64,000 nucleotides of DNA from a phage, in assembly GCA_014437165.1 (NCBI GenBank), contig GCA_014437165.1_4090.3; one strand, written 5' to 3'. The notes beneath the pieces were generated by a model. It saw nothing but the letters and a program-made list of their open reading frames with translations, had not been told where the DNA came from and searched no databases. Each line of letters opens with the position of its first letter. The first letter of the stretch is position 1. Made by a program: the position numbers and the translations under genes. This document shows positions 36,664 to 45,699 of this stretch, piece by piece.

Positions 36664-36884
36664 AAAAGATTAAAAAAGGGATTGACTCCGGTCAGTCCCT
36701 TTGCTATTATATATTCATTGAGAGATAACTCACTGACCCATAGGGTGCGGAAGTGTATCTATTATATAAGTATTCAGTACTGAAAACTATTTGATAAAAA
36801 GTACTTGCATTGTACTTAGAATCAAGTATAATGTTTTACATAGAGAGGGGGAAATGGTTCTCCCTGGTAATAAGGAATAAAATC

Positions 36885-37106
36885 ATGACTACAATGACTT
36901 GCATTTACGCTTCCAATCTTCTGAATGATGCGGCCTTTAATGTTGATTCAGAATATCAATGTTATCGGGATGAAAATAAAAAAGTTTTTGTAGTTGATAA
37001 TAATGGTTTCCATATTGAATTACAATCCGGTTTCACTGGTGTTGATGGTAAATCAGTGTGGGGCGTACAGGATGATAAAGGCACATATCATTTTAAACGT
37101 AATTAA
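36885..37106 (+). CDS. hypothetical protein (73 aa)
   Basis: ATG 36885 after SD AAGGAA. Confidence 0.55.
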   Translation: MTTMTCIYASNLLNDAAFNVDSEYQCYRDENKKVFVVDNNGFHIELQSGFTGVDGKSVWGVQDDKGTYHFKRN

Positions 37107-37189
37107 GTATTGACAAAGTATATCAGTACTGTATAATAGTTTACATCAAGGGGAGAATAGTTCTCCCCAATACAATAAGGAATAAAATC

Positions 37190-37597
37190 ATGTCTACTAC
37201 TACTAATCTCGCTCGGAACATCACTAACGATAAAAATCATGCTGCAATGGTTGTAGCTTACATTGAAGCTATGCAATTCAGTACTGTACATAATGATAAC
37301 GGCGATTACCTGGAAGATTATGAGTTATCTGATGAAGCACGTCAAGCGGCGGTGATTGCATGTTCTCGCTTCATTGAGAAACACGGTAATGATCTGGAAG
37401 TAGTTCGCGGTATGTTTATTGATTACGGTTATGAGCAAGCTGGTCATGATCTGTTCCTTACCCGCGAAGGTCACGGAACTGGTTTTTGGGATCGTGGTTT
37501 AGGTCACTATGGCGATGTATTCACGAAGTACTGCGAAGAAATCAACGTTTGCGATCCCTATGTAGGCGATGATAATCTAATCTATATGGGCGAATAA
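37190..37597 (+). CDS. hypothetical protein (135 aa)
   Basis: cassette + SD. Confidence 0.6.
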   Translation: MSTTTNLARNITNDKNHAAMVVAYIEAMQFSTVHNDNGDYLEDYELSDEARQAAVIACSRFIEKHGNDLEVVRGMFIDYGYEQAGHDLFLTREGHGTGFWDRGLGHYGDVFTKYCEEINVCDPYVGDDNLIYMGE

Positions 37598-37684
37598 AAG
37601 TATTTGACAAAGTATATCAGTACTGTATAATAGTTTACATCAAGGGGAGAATAGTTCTCCCCGATACTAAAAGGAAACAAAATT

Positions 37685-37957
37685 ATGTCTAGTTACTCCG
37701 CTACTATGATCATTAAAGATATGAACGGTAATCCTACTTCTGCTGGTGGATCATTTGGAAACATTAATTTAGATGGTCGGTTATCCATGCAATCAGCCAT
37801 CGATGCAGCGAAAGAAGTTTTTAAGAATGAATGTACTGTTAGTAAGCTGGATTATATGGGATTCGCTATCGAGAAAACTAATCGTTTTGTGAACTACAAA
37901 AATCCACTGATGATTGATACTAACCTGAAAGCTAACGAAGTGGGGTACTTATTATGA
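37685..37957 (+). CDS. hypothetical protein (90 aa)
   Basis: cassette + SD. Confidence 0.6.
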   Translation: MSSYSATMIIKDMNGNPTSAGGSFGNINLDGRLSMQSAIDAAKEVFKNECTVSKLDYMGFAIEKTNRFVNYKNPLMIDTNLKANEVGYLL

Positions 37958-38145
37958 CAGTAGAAGAAGTTAAAAAAGTACTGGCAGTACTACGCTATCA
38001 TAATCATTGCAAGGTGAAGAATGATCCTGATTATGTTGATTCATCCCTGGAGGAAGACACATTAAACGCAATAAGCCATATGCAAACATTAGCAAAGCGT
38101 ATGACCGAAAAGAATAGACCGGACTATATCGGAAATAAAATTTAA
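37954..38145 (+). CDS. hypothetical protein (63 aa)
   Basis: ATGA coupling. Confidence 0.5.
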   Translation: MTVEEVKKVLAVLRYHNHCKVKNDPDYVDSSLEEDTLNAISHMQTLAKRMTEKNRPDYIGNKI

Positions 38146-38231
38146 AAAGTACTTGCATTGTAGTTAGATTAACGTATAATGTTTTACATAGAGCGGGGGA
38201 ATAGTTCTCCCGCCAGTCCAGGAGATACACC

Positions 38232-38495
38232 ATGAACACTATCGAAATCACTATCAATGCACACGTATACGACAACGTAGTACTGCAAACTACTATGACC
38301 GCTAATGATACCAGTACTTTGCGGAATACCGTTGTAAGTGCTGTATGTGCTGCAATCGGTGATGTAGCCCTGGAAAATGCAGAACACATCAACAACGGTT
38401 TCACTATGTGCAAACGTGATAACGCAAAACATATCATCTTAGAAGGTTACGGCGGTGTAGAATATAACCTTTATATGAAAAAAGTACTTGCATAA
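38232..38495 (+). CDS. hypothetical protein (87 aa)
   Basis: cassette + SD CAGGAGA. Confidence 0.55.
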   Translation: MNTIEITINAHVYDNVVLQTTMTANDTSTLRNTVVSAVCAAIGDVALENAEHINNGFTMCKRDNAKHIILEGYGGVEYNLYMKKVLA

Positions 38496-38562
38496 TAACT
38501 AAAACAAAGTATAATGTTTTGCATAGGGGGAGATATCCTCCCCCACTAAAAGGAGTAATAAA

Positions 38563-38787
38563 ATGGCTAACTTTGATGAACTAATGCGGGAAGTAGCTAA
38601 CCTGGCAGAAGAGAAGAAATCATTCGATTCTATCTATAACACCGCTCATCGTGATTCAGTACTGGCATGTACTCAGGATCAAAAAGATGAACTGATCGCC
38701 ACCTACCATGAAGCGTGGCAGTACTACCGCCAATGGGAGAAAGAAGAAAGTGAGTCTACCATTGACGGCCTCAATAATCTAATCTAA
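38563..38787 (+). CDS. hypothetical acidic protein (74 aa)
   Basis: cassette + SD AAGGAG. Confidence 0.6.
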   Translation: MANFDELMREVANLAEEKKSFDSIYNTAHRDSVLACTQDQKDELIATYHEAWQYYRQWEKEESESTIDGLNNLI

Positions 38788-38798
38788 AAGTTTTATTT

Positions 38799-38828
38799 CA
38801 GTACTATTGACATAGCTTGATAGTACTG
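38799..38828 (+). promoter_or_regulatory. promoter with operator-like palindrome (copy 3)
   Basis: CAGTACTATTGACATAGCTTGATAGTACTG. Confidence 0.55.
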
Positions 38829-38863
38829 ATGTAATAACTTTACTAACTACAAGGGGAAACATA

Positions 38864-39121
38864 ATGGAACAGTTCACACAATATCGGGTAAATCCTCAAG
38901 CTATGGCCTACGTAGAAGACCATAAAACGTTACCAGTACTAACACCAATTAAAGGCCATATCTATCGTGCAATGTCATGGAATACGGCCCAGGATGGATA
39001 TACTACCGCTGGCGTGGGTATGTATTGCGGGAATGGTGAATGGTTTGATCCAAATAATCCGGTAGCCATTGACAGTACTGAAAAAATGAAATGGGCCGAC
39101 TACATCGAAGATATTTCATAA
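38864..39121 (+). CDS. hypothetical protein (85 aa)
   Basis: SD AAGGGGAAA. Confidence 0.55.
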   Translation: MEQFTQYRVNPQAMAYVEDHKTLPVLTPIKGHIYRAMSWNTAQDGYTTAGVGMYCGNGEWFDPNNPVAIDSTEKMKWADYIEDIS

Positions 39122-39210
39122 AACTATTTGACAGTACTAACCAGTAATGTATAATGTTTTACATAGAGCGGGGGAATAGTTCTCCCGCCAATAGTTTGGA
39201 GTAAAACATT

Positions 39211-39411
39211 ATGTCTATCGCTATCGCCCTGGTTGAAGTACTGAAAGAAGCTAAAGCCAACCAGATCGACGTAAAGATCCAGGAACTACAAAACGGCTTA
39301 ATCGGCTGTACTTGTACCGCTGGTGGAGCGGCAGACTATCGAGAACACGAATCACTCGAATCACTGGTTCGGTATCTTACCATGATCGTTGATGATTGGA
39401 GAATCATCTAA
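39211..39411 (+). CDS. hypothetical protein (66 aa)
   Basis: cassette + SD. Confidence 0.55.
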   Translation: MSIAIALVEVLKEAKANQIDVKIQELQNGLIGCTCTAGGAADYREHESLESLVRYLTMIVDDWRII

Positions 39412-39657
39412 CAAAAAAGAATAAAAAAAGGAGTTGACTTCGGTCCGCTCCTTTAGTACTATATACGCATAGACAAAAACTAGCCCACAGGGTGCATAGG
39501 TGTATCTAAAATATATAGTTAATAACGGTGAGTAACTATCTGCTGGTGGAACTAAAACTATTAATAAAAAAAGTATTGACAAAGTATATCAGTACTGCGA
39601 TAATGTATCTCGTAGGGCGGCAATGGTGCGACGGCCCACAAAGTTAGGAGATTCAAA

Positions 39658-39990
39658 ATGAGTACTTCAATCGCTATCGTTAAAGCTTTCATCCGTACCA
39701 ATGTTTCATCTGTATTCATCGACGGTCTGGATCGGGAAGTAGAATACTCAATCATTATCGCACAGACTGCAAACGGTGCTCGGTATATCCTTAATGATAG
39801 TGAAGCAAATCACTACTACTTCACTAAAGCTACTGGCTTTAAACGCATCGATGCTGACGTAGTATACGCTAAGATGAATAAGCTGGTAGACAAGATTAAC
39901 GCGAAAGGTACTATCGATTTACAGTACTGGACCGAAACCGATCCAGAATATGGATCTCACCGCTACCTGAATCCAGGTATTAAAATGTAA
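39658..39990 (+). CDS. hypothetical protein (110 aa)
   Basis: SD TAGGAGA. Confidence 0.6.
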   Translation: MSTSIAIVKAFIRTNVSSVFIDGLDREVEYSIIIAQTANGARYILNDSEANHYYFTKATGFKRIDADVVYAKMNKLVDKINAKGTIDLQYWTETDPEYGSHRYLNPGIKM

Positions 39991-40079
39991 AAAGTACTTG
40001 CATAGTACTTAGAATCAAGTATAATGTTTTACATAGAGAGGGGGAAATGGTTCTCCCTCCTAAATTAAGGAGTTTTATC

Positions 40080-40481
40080 ATGACCTTCTCAATCAATTCC
40101 TTCGCTGACGTTTTAGTACTGGCTCGGACTTTTGGTAAAGATGCACTGGAGTACGCTGTAAGTAATGGTACTATCCAACCGGAACAGTGCCGCATCATTG
40201 GAAACTGCAAACGTTGGGCGGTATCCAATACTATTGCACTGGAAAACTTCCACGATGGCAACAATGAATATTCTGTTGATGTAGTATTCGAAGCCGTTGA
40301 TCTCGGCGGTATCTATAATACTAACCTGAATGATGTGCGTATCGTTCGCACGGGGTTCGGTGCTTATGATGTATCTATTCGTGAAGCTATGAACACCGGA
40401 TACATTAGCAAGGACTTACTTGCTCACATCATGCAGCTGTGTACGGAACGTAACGAAGCACGCACTATCTTAGGACTGTAA
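40080..40481 (+). CDS. hypothetical protein (133 aa)
   Basis: ATG 40080 after SD AAGGAG. Confidence 0.6.
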   Translation: MTFSINSFADVLVLARTFGKDALEYAVSNGTIQPEQCRIIGNCKRWAVSNTIALENFHDGNNEYSVDVVFEAVDLGGIYNTNLNDVRIVRTGFGAYDVSIREAMNTGYISKDLLAHIMQLCTERNEARTILGL

Positions 40482-40549
40482 GCGTTACACATCACCAAAC
40501 ATCATAGGCCGCCTTGTAGCGGCCTTAACTATATCAGGAGTACATACAT

Positions 40550-40759
40550 ATGTTCTATACAGTATACAGCGTCCTAGGCACTATTGCAGGCGTACATGAT
40601 AACGTCAATGATGCTATGCGTACAGTACTGCAACAGGTTCCACTAAAGCCTAAGACCATTAAGCAGATGACAGCACGACTAACCAGGGCGACCGATGGCG
40701 TGGAAGTATGGCAGGACTACGGGGATACACAGATAATCGTTAGCGTAACGAAGGATTAA
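40550..40759 (+). CDS. hypothetical protein (69 aa)
   Basis: SD CAGGAG. Confidence 0.55.
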   Translation: MFYTVYSVLGTIAGVHDNVNDAMRTVLQQVPLKPKTIKQMTARLTRATDGVEVWQDYGDTQIIVSVTKD

Positions 40760-40788
40760 TGCGTAAAGGGATCTAGTACTGATTCAGA

Positions 40789-40953
40789 AAAAAGTCAAGG
40801 CGTTTTTAAAATTATGCGTTAAAAAAATGCATAGGTAATCCCTTGACTTTTTTGAAATAAAAGGGATTGGACTATGGCAAAATGCGTAGGGGGCTAAAGG
40901 GCGGGTAACCTTAGCGACTTCGAAAAAAGGAGTGATAGGGGCTTGACTTTTTA
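40789..40953. repeat. boundary element: 12-bp inverted repeat AAAAAGTCAAGG / CCTTGACTTTTT plus third CTTGACTTTTT copy
   Basis: read directly in gene-free 280-bp segment. Confidence 0.5.
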
Positions 40954-41042
40954 TATAATTCTGATAATATATAGTCTATATTATATTTCATTCATATTTT
41001 ATATGTTAGTTACATTAACTCAACATTAGAGGTCACAGAACT

Positions 41043-41408
41043 ATGAATCCATCATCTAATAAATGTGGTACTTCCTTTAATGTAGAATGGTTATTTTTTA
41101 AACCCACATCTACTATAAAATCATTCATTGCTGATATCACTGAAGCACCTGACACCCTTGTATCAGTTGTTAACAACAATAACGAAATGGTATTTTCTAT
41201 TGATGAAAATCAATATGCAGATATCTATTCATTGAGTCGTATAAAAAACTTAGTTGTACTGTCCGAGAAAGCGTTCGCAAAAGAAGCGAAGAAATGGGAT
41301 TTTAAACTTCCTATTGAATTGGTACGTGAAATACAAAAATTGGGATGTACTACTATTGAGAATTGTAAAGACTCACGTGCTACTGGGAATATTTCATTTG
41401 AAGTATAA
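41043..41408 (+). CDS. hypothetical protein (121 aa)
   Basis: SD AGAGG. Confidence 0.55.
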   Translation: MNPSSNKCGTSFNVEWLFFKPTSTIKSFIADITEAPDTLVSVVNNNNEMVFSIDENQYADIYSLSRIKNLVVLSEKAFAKEAKKWDFKLPIELVREIQKLGCTTIENCKDSRATGNISFEV

Positions 41409-41431
41409 TGCATTTATATGAACAAAACATC

Positions 41432-41460
41432 TTGACATCATGCCTCACATGGGGTATGAT
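41432..41460 (+). promoter_or_regulatory. sigma70-type promoter TTGACA-17-TATGAT heading the family B array
   Basis: hexamers at 41432-41437 and 41455-41460. Confidence 0.55.
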
Positions 41461-41494
41461 GTTTTTTCACATATGAACCTATGGATTTTATCCT

Positions 41495-41692
41495 ATGCGT
41501 ATTTTAACTAAAGAACAGCACCACGAAAGACTTATCAATAACATGGCTATGATAATGTATAAGTCCCATGACCGTGGTATTGCCTATAAGCGTGAATTAA
41601 TTATGGCACTATTCATTGGAACTAACTTTCAGGAAAGGTATGTCAACGATTGGATTTGGTATTTAATTGAAGATATAACGAGTAAACTATGA
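41495..41692 (+). CDS. family B small protein (LGTNYQ core)
   Basis: …FIGTNFQERYVNDWIWYLIEDITSKL. Confidence 0.65.
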   Translation: MRILTKEQHHERLINNMAMIMYKSHDRGIAYKRELIMALFIGTNFQERYVNDWIWYLIEDITSKL

Positions 41693-41889
41693 AAAAGCGT
41701 ATTTTAAATAAAGAAGAATATCAATCACTGTTACGTAAAAACTTCACAAAGATTTATAATACAGACACACACGTAGAACGAATGGAGTTATACATTTTGA
41801 TTACATTGGGAACAAACTATCAGGGTAGATGGGTGTGGCAATATATGGACTCCTTAAAAAATGAAATATTGTCCAAGAGGAAACAATGA
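41689..41889 (+). CDS. family B small protein
   Basis: ATGA overlap; …LGTNYQGRWV…LKNEILSKR. Confidence 0.65.
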   Translation: MKKRILNKEEYQSLLRKNFTKIYNTDTHVERMELYILITLGTNYQGRWVWQYMDSLKNEILSKRKQ

Positions 41890-42095
41890 AAACTATAACA
41901 CGAACCCAATCATACGGTCTTATCTTGAAATACATGGACTTAATGGTGGATATCAGCAAAGACCTTCCTAAAACTGAAATTGAAGTTGCAAGAGCAGAGA
42001 TCCGCATGTTGGCTGTACTGAACACAAACCATCAGGAAGATTATGTTGAAGAATGGATTCGATTTTTAATAGAAGATATAAAGAGTAAACTATGA
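41886..42095 (+). CDS. family B small protein
   Basis: ATGA overlap; …NTNHQEDYVEEWIRFLIEDIKSKL. Confidence 0.65.
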   Translation: MKTITRTQSYGLILKYMDLMVDISKDLPKTEIEVARAEIRMLAVLNTNHQEDYVEEWIRFLIEDIKSKL

Positions 42096-42307
42096 TTATT
42101 ATAGAAAACTCATATCAATATACTGAACGCATCGCTGCCAGACAACTTGAAATCCTCATAATATACGAAGAGACTTCTGATTTAAACTTAGCCGAGGTAT
42201 TGGAAAATGATATACTATTGGGTGCATTCTTAGGAACAGACTATCAGAAGTATTATGAGGAAAAGTATTTGTCATCTCTTGAGAAATATATCAGGAGCAA
42301 ATTATGA
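42092..42307 (+). CDS. family B small protein
   Basis: coupled; LGTDYQKYY. Confidence 0.65.
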   Translation: MIIIENSYQYTERIAARQLEILIIYEETSDLNLAEVLENDILLGAFLGTDYQKYYEEKYLSSLEKYIRSKL

Positions 42308-42516
42308 TTTTTTTAACACCAGAAGAATATAAGAAACGTTTCAATTCCGCACAGGGTGAAATCTTACTTATATACCTTTCAAATGCAGACCTTAACTTAT
42401 CAAGGGTATTAGAAAAAGATTTACTTATGGGTGCATTCCTTGATACAGACTTTCAGGTGTATTATGTAGGGGAATACTTAATTGCACTTCAGAATTATAT
42501 CAGGAGTAAACTATGA
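42304..42516 (+). CDS. family B small protein
   Basis: coupled; near-duplicate of previous. Confidence 0.65.
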   Translation: MIFLTPEEYKKRFNSAQGEILLIYLSNADLNLSRVLEKDLLMGAFLDTDFQVYYVGEYLIALQNYIRSKL

Positions 42517-42740
42517 AACATTTAAGTAACTCCGAGAAGAATAAAATTATCATAGCTGCAATAAACAAATATTTTACACTTCCTCACAAAGAAGGTTTAT
42601 GTGTAAGGGAACACAGGATAAACACCACCGATAAACGCATGATGGCTGTACTGGGGACGAACTTCCAGGAAGAGTATGTTATTGCACACATAGTTGCACT
42701 CAAGAATTACATTATGGACAAATGTAATGAACATCATTAA
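42513..42740 (+). CDS. family B small protein
   Basis: LGTNFQEEYV…HIVALKNYIMDKC. Confidence 0.65.
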   Translation: MKHLSNSEKNKIIIAAINKYFTLPHKEGLCVREHRINTTDKRMMAVLGTNFQEEYVIAHIVALKNYIMDKCNEHH

Positions 42741-42951
42741 TAACTTTGAATACGAGGCCCGTGCTAAGAGTGCCAGAAAAAAAGAGAACACCATTTACTT
42801 CACTATGATGTACTTACAATGGACTGAAATTGAAGAAAAGGTTGCTGAAGTATGGATGTTGGAATTCATGGGGACGCAGTATCAGAATAGGTTTGCGGGT
42901 GAGTATATCAATGTTCTTATGAAACAAATAGAAAGAAAGGAAAAGAACTAA
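42727..42951 (+). CDS. family B small protein
   Basis: ATG 42727 (Met12 of track ORF); MGTQYQNRF. Confidence 0.6.
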   Translation: MNIINNFEYEARAKSARKKENTIYFTMMYLQWTEIEEKVAEVWMLEFMGTQYQNRFAGEYINVLMKQIERKEKN

Positions 42952-43109
42952 TGGTTTTCATTAACATATCTGACCAACTCGATACTAAACTAGAAGTCGA
43001 GCAGAGTGAGGGATGGATGCTGTACTTTCTTGGAACTTCTCATCAAAATTTTTATATCCATGAACACATAGTTGCACTCAAGAATTACATTATGGACAAA
43101 TGCAAATGA
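42951..43109 (+). CDS. family B small protein (52 aa; below track cutoff)
   Basis: TAATG junction; …LGTSHQNFYIHEHIVALKNYIMDKCK. Confidence 0.5.
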   Translation: MVFINISDQLDTKLEVEQSEGWMLYFLGTSHQNFYIHEHIVALKNYIMDKCK

Positions 43110-43363
43110 AATACTTAACACAAGATGAATATTCACTTAGAATTCGAAAGCTCACCCCAGAAGCAAGAGTAATCTACGATGACCCCACCCTTACATGGAA
43201 CCAAATGCGAGCTAAAGTTAATGAGCTATGGTTGCTGTACTTTATGGGGACTCAATATCAAGATAAGTTTTGCAAAGAATTTGTCGATCAATTAATGAAT
43301 GTTATACAGGATAAACTAGATGAATATTGGCTCGCAAAACATGAAGACTTTATCAGGAGTTGA
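43100..43363 (+). CDS. family B small protein
   Basis: MGTQYQDKF. Confidence 0.65.
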   Translation: MQMKYLTQDEYSLRIRKLTPEARVIYDDPTLTWNQMRAKVNELWLLYFMGTQYQDKFCKEFVDQLMNVIQDKLDEYWLAKHEDFIRS

Positions 43364-43592
43364 GTATCAAACTGCCCTCTTCTCTCTTATTAACACCCTT
43401 AGAAAAAACAATGCATTACATGGTGCACCTGAAGTGGATGTTATCAACGGTGATGTTTATCTTATGAAATTCATTGGAACAAACTATCAAGATCTGTTCA
43501 TTCAACGATACTTGGCAGCATTAAGAAACCAAATCCAATATAAAACCCAGAGAGCCAAAAAAGAATGGAATAAACAATGCGACAAAGACTAA
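43320..43592 (+). CDS. family B small protein
   Basis: IGTNYQDLF; alternative start 43341. Confidence 0.6.
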   Translation: MNIGSQNMKTLSGVEYQTALFSLINTLRKNNALHGAPEVDVINGDVYLMKFIGTNYQDLFIQRYLAALRNQIQYKTQRAKKEWNKQCDKD

Positions 43593-43825
43593 ATCACAAA
43601 ATGTATTGTAAACTATTGCAGACACTGGCACAGAAACACTATGACACGGTATCTGAAATATTACCCTATGATATCATGCGTTTACTTCACTGTGAGGCCG
43701 AGATGCTTGTACTGATGACAGGCACTGATAAAACAGCAATCGCCAGATCGATAGAGCAATATATTGATGCACACTGCCAACACATGAGAACCGAAATCTG
43801 GAGGAAAGAGAATGATAATTCTTAA
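43577..43825 (+). CDS. family B small protein (divergent, MTGTDKT)
   Basis: tandem position, same size. Confidence 0.55.
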   Translation: MRQRLNHKMYCKLLQTLAQKHYDTVSEILPYDIMRLLHCEAEMLVLMTGTDKTAIARSIEQYIDAHCQHMRTEIWRKENDNS

Positions 43826-44027
43826 TGAGTATCAGTATCATTGGAGGTTACAAACTATCAAATCAAAAGTGTATAGTATTGTGTTAAACAAATCTATTGC
43901 ACAAGAGGACAAATGTGTTATAATAGCTGAAATGAAGTTGGGTGTATTCGTAGGGACAAACTATCAAAACATCTACACTGACGTATTATTAAGTTCCTTA
44001 CGTAACAAGGTGGTATCCAAAATATGA
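43812..44027 (+). CDS. family B small protein
   Basis: VGTNYQNIY. Confidence 0.65.
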   Translation: MIILNEYQYHWRLQTIKSKVYSIVLNKSIAQEDKCVIIAEMKLGVFVGTNYQNIYTDVLLSSLRNKVVSKI

Positions 44028-44242
44028 GAAATTTACAAGGCTTTGAATACATCAGACTCCTGAAAACATGTGGAAGCAGAAGGAGAATGATATCAAGCGA
44101 TAAGAGCATCCAAGCTAACCTTAAGCACGCACTAGTAACTGAACTCTATGTAGGTGCACTCTTAGGCACAAACTATCAACAAATGTATGTAGATCTATGG
44201 ATTGACGCTCTACAGAAAGAGGTTAAAAGTAAATGCAAATGA
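44024..44242 (+). CDS. family B small protein
   Basis: LGTNYQQMY. Confidence 0.65.
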   Translation: MRNLQGFEYIRLLKTCGSRRRMISSDKSIQANLKHALVTELYVGALLGTNYQQMYVDLWIDALQKEVKSKCK

Positions 44243-44451
44243 TTAATTTAAGTAAAGACGAATTTTATGTTATACTGGCGAAAACTTATCCAGCACGTAA
44301 GGCCGTTTATGATAGTCACATTATTGAACCCTCAAAGAAGTTGATTTTAGTAAATGAGATAAAGATGCTTTCAGTCTTAGGAACAAACTATCAAGAGAAT
44401 GCTGTACTGATGTTAATTGATGCCCTCCAGCGAGAGGTTAAACGTAAATGA
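44233..44451 (+). CDS. family B small protein
   Basis: LGTNYQENA. Confidence 0.65.
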   Translation: MQMINLSKDEFYVILAKTYPARKAVYDSHIIEPSKKLILVNEIKMLSVLGTNYQENAVLMLIDALQREVKRK

Positions 44452-44678
44452 AAATGATTCATTTAACTTACCATGAATATCAAAAACGTTTAAATGCATC
44501 CAGAGATATAAGGATTCAAATATTCAATAACAAAAGATTGAAGCCTGATATCAGGAAAATCAAAATCATAGAAGCCGTGTTGTGCAACTTCCTAGGGACT
44601 AACTATCAGGAAGGTAAGGTAGAAAACTATCTTATAGAACTCATGAATAGTATTGAAAATAAATGTAAGGGTAATTAA
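44448..44678 (+). CDS. family B small protein
   Basis: LGTNYQEGK. Confidence 0.65.
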   Translation: MKMIHLTYHEYQKRLNASRDIRIQIFNNKRLKPDIRKIKIIEAVLCNFLGTNYQEGKVENYLIELMNSIENKCKGN

Positions 44679-44679
44679 C

Positions 44680-44919
44680 ATGAAAATGATTAAATTATCT
44701 CAAGCAAAATATAAAGAACGCCTGGTGAAAATTGCACCTGGACTTAATGAAATCCATCACGGAGAAGTCATTAAACACGGAAATAAGATGATTATGAAAC
44801 TTGAGTTAAAGGTGGGTGCATTCATAGGAACAAACTATCAGGAGTATTATGTAGATGAATACATAATCGCACTTAAGAGATACATTGGAAGAAAACTATA
44901 TCTACAAACTAAAGAATAG
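44680..44919 (+). CDS. family B small protein
   Basis: ATG 44680 preferred over TTG track start 44653; IGTNYQEYY. Confidence 0.6.
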   Translation: MKMIKLSQAKYKERLVKIAPGLNEIHHGEVIKHGNKMIMKLELKVGAFIGTNYQEYYVDEYIIALKRYIGRKLYLQTKE

Positions 44920-44948
44920 TATTGAAAATAAATGTAAGGGTAATTAAC

Positions 44949-45212
44949 ATGCAAATGATCAATTTAAGTAAAGATGAATATACCGAGCGTATGACAAAAA
45001 TTACGCACAAACGTAATACAATCTATCACAACCCAGAAATTCAACACAGTAAGAAAATGATTATGATGCGTGAGTTAAAGATGGGTGTATTCTTAGGAAC
45101 AAACTATCAAGATACAGAAGTAAATCGCTTAATCGCGGAGTTACTACTGGAAATCAAAGGTAAGCTGTACTTTTATCAAATGACCCAACCACTAAGGTGT
45201 ACTGATCGATGA
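44949..45212 (+). CDS. family B small protein
   Basis: ATG 44949; 37-bp junction identical to 44646-44682. Confidence 0.6.
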   Translation: MQMINLSKDEYTERMTKITHKRNTIYHNPEIQHSKKMIMMRELKMGVFLGTNYQDTEVNRLIAELLLEIKGKLYFYQMTQPLRCTDR

Positions 45213-45460
45213 ATACTATGAATAAAATTAATAAAATCGACTTAGCAGAAAGTTTTGCCAGAATGGGGGAAGCTCTGAAAAGATACGAAAAGGAATATGG
45301 TCATTTAAGCTTTTCTATAGAAAAGAGATATGAACTGGAAACAGAGTTTAAAATGCAGAGTCTCTTAGGAACACAATATCAAACAAGATATGTTCAAACT
45401 TGGATTGATTGTTTAATCCAGACAATTCATGTAAGGAACATTAAATGCAAAATGAAATGA
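45209..45460 (+). CDS. family B small protein
   Basis: LGTQYQTRY. Confidence 0.65.
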   Translation: MNTMNKINKIDLAESFARMGEALKRYEKEYGHLSFSIEKRYELETEFKMQSLLGTQYQTRYVQTWIDCLIQTIHVRNIKCKMK

Positions 45461-45699
45461 TATACTTAACCTATAATGAATACGTCGAGAGATTAGTTCG
45501 TGCCAAGAGATATACCAATAAACGTCCAATTGACCTAAACCAAACCCCAGCAGAAAGGAGTGCAGAAGTATTATTCCAATCACTACCATATCTTCTGGGA
45601 ACTGATAGACAAGAGGAATATGTTGCACGTATGATTAGATATCTTAAAATCACTATTAAGGAAAAAGTAAATGCAAATGAAATACTTAACAGACGATGA
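45445..45699 (+). CDS. family B small protein (LGTDRQEEY)
   Basis: paralog of next gene. Confidence 0.65.
   Translation: MQNEMIYLTYNEYVERLVRAKRYTNKRPIDLNQTPAERSAEVLFQSLPYLLGTDRQEEYVARMIRYLKITIKEKVNANEILNRR

Noticed and set aside
37970-38437. 155-aa and 82-aa minus-strand ORFs
   Set aside because: Antisense to cassette-driven plus-strand genes; no SD.
21400-40100. GGGGAA..TTCCCC hairpins as Rho-independent terminators
   Set aside because: Most sit between the -10 and the SD of the next gene and lack a following T-run, so they are better read as 5'-UTR stem-loops; only the hairpins followed by T-runs (24621, 26358, 27093, 35181) were called terminators.
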